Positions 35,337 through 40,720 of a DNA stretch of 40,720 nucleotides are shown here, piece by piece (position 1 is the first letter of the stretch; the number at the start of each line of letters is the position of its first letter). Location of the stretch: positions 1-40,720 of IMG/VR virus record IMGVR_UViG_2974499353_000001, one strand, 5' to 3'. The translations under genes and the position numbers were made by a program. Below the pieces are notes generated by a model. That model did no database searches and had not been told where the DNA came from. It worked only from the letters and a program-made list of their open reading frames with translations. This DNA comes from a virus (lineage: Duplodnaviria; Heunggongvirae; Uroviricota; Caudoviricetes; Ackermannviridae).

Positions 35337-36376
35337 TCGCCATACCCCCACATAAATTTCTGATCAACAGGGGAATGCAGTAATGCAGTACGAAGACCGT
35401 CATCAGCGATACGGCGTTTGTCAATTTTGGTATCATTGAGGCGACACCACAGGCAATATGACATATCCATCATCAATCCCGTGTCTGCTTGATATCCTTT
35501 CAGATGTTCTCTGATTTTACCAAAATCACTGCCGATGTCACAGTGTTGTAACACGCCGAGGAATAGATTACAAATATCTTTTTGGGACTTCACTTTTTCT
35601 GAAGAGAATTCCAGCAAAGAATTATACATCCCAGAAGAAGTTTTGGTCTTCTTAGTGATACCCCCGAGTTGTTTCCGACTAACTTCATTGTTGTAATAAT
35701 GAAGATTGTTAGAAAACAGTTTGTAATACCCAACTTCGACATTCAGCACTTTCGCCAGAACTTCTTGCAGGATAGAGAATTCAATGAAATTGATTGAACT
35801 CATGCCCCACAAGACATCTTGGCTGCGGTTAATGACAGTGATATTCAATCGCCCTTCTGTTATACTGAACAATAGAGCAAGATTACAGATCATGTCCTTG
35901 GTCTTGGCTTCTCCAGTTTCACTATGGGCGGCCAAACCTTCATCTGAGTCCAGCGCCGGATCATAGATGGTGAGATACGCCTGACGGGTGTTGGGATTAT
36001 TACGCAGACGGCTGATGACACTATCCAACTGGCCATTATTGTACAGACGTGGGCCATACGCGCCTCGCCAGGTTACACCGTCATCAGAGAAGTTGGCGGC
36101 GCGGGGTAAGACTTTCGAAAGGAAACGGATATCATTACGTCCGGACAACACCCAGAATGTCTCACCGATGGCAGCAATTGCCGACGAGTTGCGGCCTTCA
36201 ACGGAAAGCCAACGATCACGTGGATCTGATACTGTAATTGTTACACCATCAATGAAACGAGTGCCGTCAGTGTTAATCTCTGCGTTGCCAGGATCTGACT
36301 CAATGCCGTGTTCACGGATGGCCAACACAGCCTTCTTCAGCATATCATTATTGTTTAAAGCAAAAATTTCCATCAA
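35333..36376 (-). CDS. Thymidylate-synthase-family dUMP hydroxymethylase
   Basis: YGPR, NPNTRQAY..IYDP, DMICN, NRSQDVLWG..SIN (Asn as in dUMP-specific enzymes), NLHYY. Confidence 0.85.
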   Translation of the reverse strand: MMEIFALNNNDMLKKAVLAIREHGIESDPGNAEINTDGTRFIDGVTITVSDPRDRWLSVEGRNSSAIAAIGETFWVLSGRNDIRFLSKVLPRAANFSDDGVTWRGAYGPRLYNNGQLDSVISRLRNNPNTRQAYLTIYDPALDSDEGLAAHSETGEAKTKDMICNLALLFSITEGRLNITVINRSQDVLWGMSSINFIEFSILQEVLAKVLNVEVGYYKLFSNNLHYYNNEVSRKQLGGITKKTKTSSGMYNSLLEFSSEKVKSQKDICNLFLGVLQHCDIGSDFGKIREHLKGYQADTGLMMDMSYCLWCRLNDTKIDKRRIADDGLRTALLHSPVDQKFMWGYGE

Positions 36377-37035
36377 TCAATACTCCCAAAATCACGATTG
36401 AGAAACGCAAAAACAGCCTGCTCTATAGTCAGGCCATTGGACTTCATCATACCTGCGGGAACGGTAGGGAACAAGCCTTTATGCCGTTGGCGGTGGTCAT
36501 GAACTCTCTCCCACTTTTCGACAACCAGGCTTTCATTGAAGTCTGCGCCGCCGTTGCGTGATTTCACACGGGAAACACAGGTTTCAAGCGGGGTGTCCAT
36601 GAAGAGCACGACTAATTCGCGCGGTGGGCGCGTCAGGCGGGGAATCCATGAGCTGAGCAAAGTTGAAGGGATGATTCCTTCAAACAACACGTCATATTTC
36701 AGATATTCCGGCTGATCAGCAATGGACAAGGCGAACAACATCTGCTCGGTATCTTTCAGGGAATCAACACCTTTAGACTTAGACTTGTCATATTTACCAA
36801 TACAGATAATGTTATAGGAAGGGCAAACTGTGAGCATGATCTTGCCATTGTAGGTCACGACATACGCCTGAGGATCATTCTCCGCCAGATAGGAAGGGAC
36901 AGTGGACTTGCCGCTACCGTTGGAGCCTTTAACGTAATACAACTCTCCTCGTGCCGGATATTCCCCTTCGACAGCAGGTGGTTTTACAAACAGATGTACG
37001 GGGCGCTTCAACAACCCTTTGAGCGAATACGACAT
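36373..37035 (-). CDS. P-loop kinase, probable 5-hydroxymethyluracil DNA kinase
   Basis: KGSNGSGKST, GVDSL, LFEGI, TPLETC.SRV..RNGG; adjacent to the dUMP hydroxymethylase; GGAG SD before ATG 37035. Confidence 0.65.
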   Translation of the reverse strand: MSYSLKGLLKRPVHLFVKPPAVEGEYPARGELYYVKGSNGSGKSTVPSYLAENDPQAYVVTYNGKIMLTVCPSYNIICIGKYDKSKSKGVDSLKDTEQMLFALSIADQPEYLKYDVLFEGIIPSTLLSSWIPRLTRPPRELVVLFMDTPLETCVSRVKSRNGGADFNESLVVEKWERVHDHRQRHKGLFPTVPAGMMKSNGLTIEQAVFAFLNRDFGSID

Positions 37036-37048
37036 GGTGTGCTCCAAT

Positions 37049-37092
37049 AAACAAAAGGAGCTGCTATTATAGCAGCTCCTTCATCTATTGAA
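37049..37092 (-). promoter_or_regulatory. Box-type promoter TTCAATAGAT-N11-TATAAT; -10 at the centre of a perfect 11-bp inverted repeat followed by a U-tract
   Basis: AGGAGCTGCTA-TAA-TAGCAGCTCCT (37056-37080) then TTTGTTT on the - strand. Confidence 0.75.
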
Positions 37093-37107
37093 TGCTTCTG
37101 AGTTAAA

Positions 37108-38067
37108 TTACGCAGCAGCTTTCGCTTCGGCTAACGCCTGAGGTAGCCATTCGTTGATAGCCTTTACCAGAGATTCAGCGTCAGTTTCTTTGATTTTCTG
37201 ACGCTTGGTGAATGACTTACCATTCACATACAGACTGAAACCCCAGCCGCCGGAAACGATAGGTGCCAGATCAACATAGGTGTTAGTGCGGGCATGCGGA
37301 TTGGCTTCGTCTGCCAATTCAGTGACAGGGAACTGGAACCAGCGCATATCAGGGTTCACATAACTCAAATATACTTCAGGAGTAACCCCTGCTTCAACCG
37401 CCGCCAGGATTGGACCATAGTTAGAAGCACGAGCGGCTTCAACCATTTCTTCACGTTTGTTATGACGACGCTTGCGTTCTTCAGTAGAAGACGCAGGACG
37501 CATTTCAGAAGATTTCTTGGCCAGAACCGCCTTCGCGTTCGCTAAAGCCTGATCATCCTTCGGATTTTCAACGTCGGCGATTGCTTCAGCAACGGTTGTG
37601 CCCAGCATACGACGGCGAACTTCTTCAGCACGGGCTTGCGCTTCTTCGTCAAGAACTTCTTCGCCTTCAACTACCAGGGAAATGGAGCCGTCTTTGTTGA
37701 CTTCAAGAGAACCGTCTTCGACGGTCTGGGAATTTTGATCACCGACAGGTTGCCCAACCGTTTCTTCGGCGTCAATCACCGGATTTGATTCACCGTCGCC
37801 CTGTTTAACCCCCGCATCTTCGGTCGGTTTAACTTTTTCGGCTTCAGCGCGGTCAAGAGCTTCGAGAGTCTCTTCTTTCTCTTCCTGGCTCAGACCTTCA
37901 ATGAGTTCAAAGCCGTTGGCTGACTGGAGGACGCCTTCCATCATACGGCGTAACGTGACGTTGCCGATGATAAGGTCTGCACCTTTGATTTCTGCTTGAA
38001 GATCAGCAGCGGTTTTACCATCAATTTCAAATTTCAGGCCGGACTCGATATGAAGAATATAGGACAT
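37108..38067 (-). CDS. Hypothetical protein with acidic low-complexity linker
   Basis: 319 aa; N-terminal NUMOD1-like pattern, E/A-rich middle, basic stretch EERKRRHNKRE. Confidence 0.75.
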   Translation of the reverse strand: MSYILHIESGLKFEIDGKTAADLQAEIKGADLIIGNVTLRRMMEGVLQSANGFELIEGLSQEEKEETLEALDRAEAEKVKPTEDAGVKQGDGESNPVIDAEETVGQPVGDQNSQTVEDGSLEVNKDGSISLVVEGEEVLDEEAQARAEEVRRRMLGTTVAEAIADVENPKDDQALANAKAVLAKKSSEMRPASSTEERKRRHNKREEMVEAARASNYGPILAAVEAGVTPEVYLSYVNPDMRWFQFPVTELADEANPHARTNTYVDLAPIVSGGWGFSLYVNGKSFTKRQKIKETDAESLVKAINEWLPQALAEAKAAA

Positions 38068-38134
38068 AATAAAAACCCTTTTGTGTAGTAACCTTCTTTG
38101 GCAGTTTAATGTTCAACTGTGCGTCTGGAACATT

Positions 38135-38177
38135 AATATACTGCCTTTTTAGAAGATGTAAACCACTTTTTATTGAA
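38135..38177 (-). promoter_or_regulatory. Sigma70-like early promoter TTTACA-N16-TATATT with an upstream TTCAATAAAA box
   Basis: Plus-strand AATATA 38135-38140, TGTAAA 38157-38162, TTTTATTGAA 38168-38177. Confidence 0.65.
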
Positions 38178-38240
38178 AAGTTGGTTAACACTTCTGTGTT
38201 AGACAACGGAACGCTGGTACAGCGCGGACTGACGTGAATA

Positions 38241-38528
38241 TTAACTTTGTATATCAATATTGAAAACTGTTTTAGGTGGCCACATGGCAGATAACTCGAT
38301 CTGTGTGAACTTCGGTTGAACATACTGATCTAACACTTCATCCCAGAGAGCATGCTCAACATTGGCAATCAACAATTCGTCATCCACTATTTCGACGGAA
38401 TGAACCACTATCCGGTGATCATAAGTCAGAGCGTCGCCCACGTGTTCATTTTCTGCTCTGAGGTGCTGCATTATGAAATATTCTATAACTGATTCAAGTA
38501 CAGTGTTCAGACGAACATATTTCTTCAT
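38241..38528 (-). CDS. Hypothetical protein
   Basis: AGGGGG SD; 95 aa. Confidence 0.7.
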   Translation of the reverse strand: MKKYVRLNTVLESVIEYFIMQHLRAENEHVGDALTYDHRIVVHSVEIVDDELLIANVEHALWDEVLDQYVQPKFTQIELSAMWPPKTVFNIDIQS

Positions 38529-38545
38529 ACAGCCCCCTGATATCT

Positions 38546-39277
38546 TTACATGTAGAAGTTTGGAATCTCACCAGACGCGCAATGGAATCCATTAAAATTC
38601 TGCTCAACATGTAAGCGAATTTTGTTGACAACAACTTGGCGATGCTCTTCTTCCATACAGCGTTCGATCAATGAATATGAAGTGTACGCCAGGCTGTTAA
38701 ACAATCTGGAAATGATCAGACACGTCTCTTCATCGTATACAACATCCGGATGAATACCAAAAACATGTTCTTCATCAATCAGAATTTTACATCCCTTCAC
38801 GATAAACGGTTGACTAAAGAAATGACGAGCGGAAGAAGTGCCGGATTCTTCTGTCAATAGGAAATCGCCAGTCTCTCCGAAAACTGCTTTCAAGTTTTCT
38901 TCACTGAATTCGGCTTCCATTTGAATACGCTTGTCGGCAAGGTATTTCACAGCAAAATGAAATTTACCAACAGCATCATTGGCGGCGCGACGATTGTTAG
39001 CGGCATGGGTATAACCTGTCACGAAGTCTTCAACAAATTCTAAGACTTCAGGCTTACCAAAACGAACCTCATCCCCCAGATCTAAAGCAGCCTCGGATTC
39101 AAATTCAATACCCATAGCTGTGAAAAGAGTTTGTTCACTCAGGCGGCGCTCTTCAGTATACCCCAAACGAGATCCAAGTTCGTAACCAGTCTTGCCGCCG
39201 GAGTCTTTGTGAGTGCGGTCATAACGAACGCTGTTGGAACTGAATTCAATACCAAAAATTCTGTGTAGATATGACAT
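38546..39277 (-). CDS. Hypothetical protein
   Basis: 243-aa ORF (GAGG SD; alternative ATG at 39283). Confidence 0.75.
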   Translation of the reverse strand: MSYLHRIFGIEFSSNSVRYDRTHKDSGGKTGYELGSRLGYTEERRLSEQTLFTAMGIEFESEAALDLGDEVRFGKPEVLEFVEDFVTGYTHAANNRRAANDAVGKFHFAVKYLADKRIQMEAEFSEENLKAVFGETGDFLLTEESGTSSARHFFSQPFIVKGCKILIDEEHVFGIHPDVVYDEETCLIISRLFNSLAYTSYSLIERCMEEEHRQVVVNKIRLHVEQNFNGFHCASGEIPNFYM

Positions 39278-39299
39278 ATGTGGAACCTCATGTTTATAG

Positions 39300-39334
39300 A
39301 AAGCCGTTCGCGAATTATCACGTAGAACGGCTTT
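39300..39334 (-). promoter_or_regulatory. 10-bp hairpin with a -10-like GATAAT in its loop (terminator/promoter)
   Basis: AAAGCCGTTC/GAACGGCTTT stem; plus ATTATC 39314-39319 in the loop; lies between gp2 and the next gene. Confidence 0.5.
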
Positions 39335-39339
39335 TAGAA

Positions 39340-40044
39340 CTAACCATTTTTGTGTTTACGACGTGCGTCCTTCCAAACAGACATCTGACTCTGTTTCTGG
39401 AATCGAGCAGTACGCATAAACAAAACGACCTCCCAATATTGCGGTTCAATTTCATAAAGTTGTGAACGAAATTGATCTGCGCGGTATAATTTGACACAAT
39501 GATTGTACAAAGGGTGATTCGCAAACCGCTTTAGCGCATCCCAGGTAAGTCTCAAACGTGTTTTAGAACGATATGCCCGTTCATTTCTCAATTTAATGAG
39601 ATCTTCAAATACCAACAATCTGAGTTTAGGCGGTAAATAATGGAGGTTTAGGCCATAAAGATAGGTTACACCACGTTCACCGAATTTCACCCCATCCCCC
39701 TTCACAAAATTGAAGAAGAACACCAGAGGATACATATCCCAATACGGGAGTTCATCTTTGGTCAGCGCATCATATTTGAAATAGTACATGCGACCAACAA
39801 TATAGCGCACACCCTGGACAGGACGTTTATTTTCAGCAAACGCTTTCATCATGTGGTTGGGGGATAAATTGGCATCTTTCGATACGCGTTCCATAAACCA
39901 CACGTGAGACCGACGGATATTACGTTTCGCTTCTGGTCCAAAATGTTGACGATATTTGCGGATGTAACGCTTGACCAATTCTGGGGCGTCCATCTCGGCA
40001 GGAAGCAACAACGGGTCTTCTTCACCCATAGCGTTCTTGGCCAT
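39340..40044 (-). CDS. gp2: DNA end protector protein
   Basis: G.MY.F.YD..TKD.LPYWD.YPL, G.NLHYLPP..R, CVK.Y...QFRS....I.P..W. Confidence 0.92.
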   Translation of the reverse strand: MAKNAMGEEDPLLLPAEMDAPELVKRYIRKYRQHFGPEAKRNIRRSHVWFMERVSKDANLSPNHMMKAFAENKRPVQGVRYIVGRMYYFKYDALTKDELPYWDMYPLVFFFNFVKGDGVKFGERGVTYLYGLNLHYLPPKLRLLVFEDLIKLRNERAYRSKTRLRLTWDALKRFANHPLYNHCVKLYRADQFRSQLYEIEPQYWEVVLFMRTARFQKQSQMSVWKDARRKHKNG

Positions 40045-40056
40045 TTGTCAACTCCT

Positions 40057-40084
40057 TATAAATATCAGCAGATATATTATTTAA
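40057..40084. promoter_or_regulatory. Back-to-back late promoters
   Basis: TATAAATA (+, 40057-40064) toward gp54 and TTAAATA (-, 40078-40084) toward gp2. Confidence 0.65.
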
Positions 40085-40098
40085 ATGGAGTCCTCATC

Positions 40099-40720
40099 GT
40101 GGAAGACTATCGCAATTTTCTAACGCAACTGCTTCAGCGGGGGATTTCCCGCAAGAACAGATTTCGTGTTACAATTCCATTGCCGCCTGGGATATTTGAT
40201 TCCAATGCAACACTAGCAAATGATGGGAACGCGTATCCTTCATCTTCATTCGGCGATTTATTTAAACAAAGCGCCCGTATTGTAAACGCATTCTTTGGAG
40301 GGACAAACCAAACATCTCGTTCCCTGCAAATGATGTGTATGGTCGCATCTTTACCTGGTACAGGGATTGACACTACTCCCATGACCAACAACGGCAACCA
40401 CATTAAAATGCCGAACAACAAGACGAACATTGATCTGGAGTTGTCGTTCCTCCTCGCCAACGATTATTATGAAAAGTCGGTCATGGACAAATGGAAGAAT
40501 CTGATATTCGACCCATACACAACCAAGATGGGTTATTATGAAGATTTCGTGACCGATATTTGTATAGAACAAATGGATACAGAAGATCAGGTTGTTCATC
40601 GCGTTTATGTGACTGAGGCTCACCCCATCAACTTCAGTTCTATAGACCTGGATAAAAGCGCCGCCGATCAATTTAATCAGTACAACATTTCCTTTTCTTA
40701 TAACAAAGTATTATCGGAGA
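40099..40720 (+). CDS. gp54: Baseplate tail-tube initiator (3' truncated by the window edge)
   Basis: GGAG SD + GTG; GISRKNRF.V, C..ASLPG, F......YEKS.MD.W...I.DP.....GYYEDFV.DI, EAHPI.FS. Missing from the ORF track because it is open at the edge. Confidence 0.88.
   Translation, partial: MEDYRNFLTQLLQRGISRKNRFRVTIPLPPGIFDSNATLANDGNAYPSSSFGDLFKQSARIVNAFFGGTNQTSRSLQMMCMVASLPGTGIDTTPMTNNGNHIKMPNNKTNIDLELSFLLANDYYEKSVMDKWKNLIFDPYTTKMGYYEDFVTDICIEQMDTEDQVVHRVYVTEAHPINFSSIDLDKSAADQFNQYNISFSYNKVLSE

Noticed and set aside
37086-37109. Antisense promoter TATTGAA-N11-TAAATT on the + strand pointing into the 319-aa gene
   Set aside because: The same box is already explained by the - strand promoter, and equivalent + strand -10s are absent at the other boxes (26463, 30867); probably chance.
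38254-38263. Perfect palindrome TCAATATTGA resembling the promoter box
   Set aside because: Lies inside a coding 3' end with no properly spaced -10 on either strand.
1-40720. tRNA genes, CRISPR arrays, tandem repeats, IS elements and homing endonucleases
   Set aside because: No cloverleaf/T-loop signatures, no repeat-spacer periodicity, no transposase and no HNH/GIY-YIG catalytic motifs seen; intergenic gaps are under about 175 nt. tRNAscan-SE/Infernal would be the decisive check.

Overview
A 40.7-kb segment of a T4-related myovirus genome. Gene content and order match the Ackermannviridae (Vi01/AG3/LIMEstone-like; genus not assignable from this window). The + strand carries rIIA-rIIB, a small late module (Ig-domain protein, protein with a capsid-targeting-like N-terminus), an accessory block (degenerate P-loop, NADAR-like and MazG-like proteins), type II topoisomerase (gp39/60 fused, gp52), a long accessory block (macrodomain, DexA, orphan QueC-like, metallophosphoesterase, dCMP deaminase) and the baseplate operon gp48-gp53-hub-gp29. 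The - strand carries gp4, gp59, DNA ligase, gp41 helicase, UvsX, the dUTPase / dNMP kinase / dUMP hydroxymethylase / P-loop kinase thymidine-modification cluster and gp2. The window ends inside gp54 (+). No tRNA, CRISPR array, intron, intein or homing endonuclease was seen. The most striking unexplained signal is non-coding. A recurrent promoter type has a pseudo-palindromic box (TTCWATWGAA consensus, either orientation) 10-12 bp upstream of a TATAAT-type -10, in place of a normal -35. At 8-9 sites the -10 hexamer sits in the loop or 5' arm of a stem-loop whose arms differ from site to site. Where G-U pairs occur they fold on the mRNA strand. At the ligase gene this stem buries the Shine-Dalgarno sequence in read-through transcripts only. 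All family assignments come from motif recognition by eye, not database searches.
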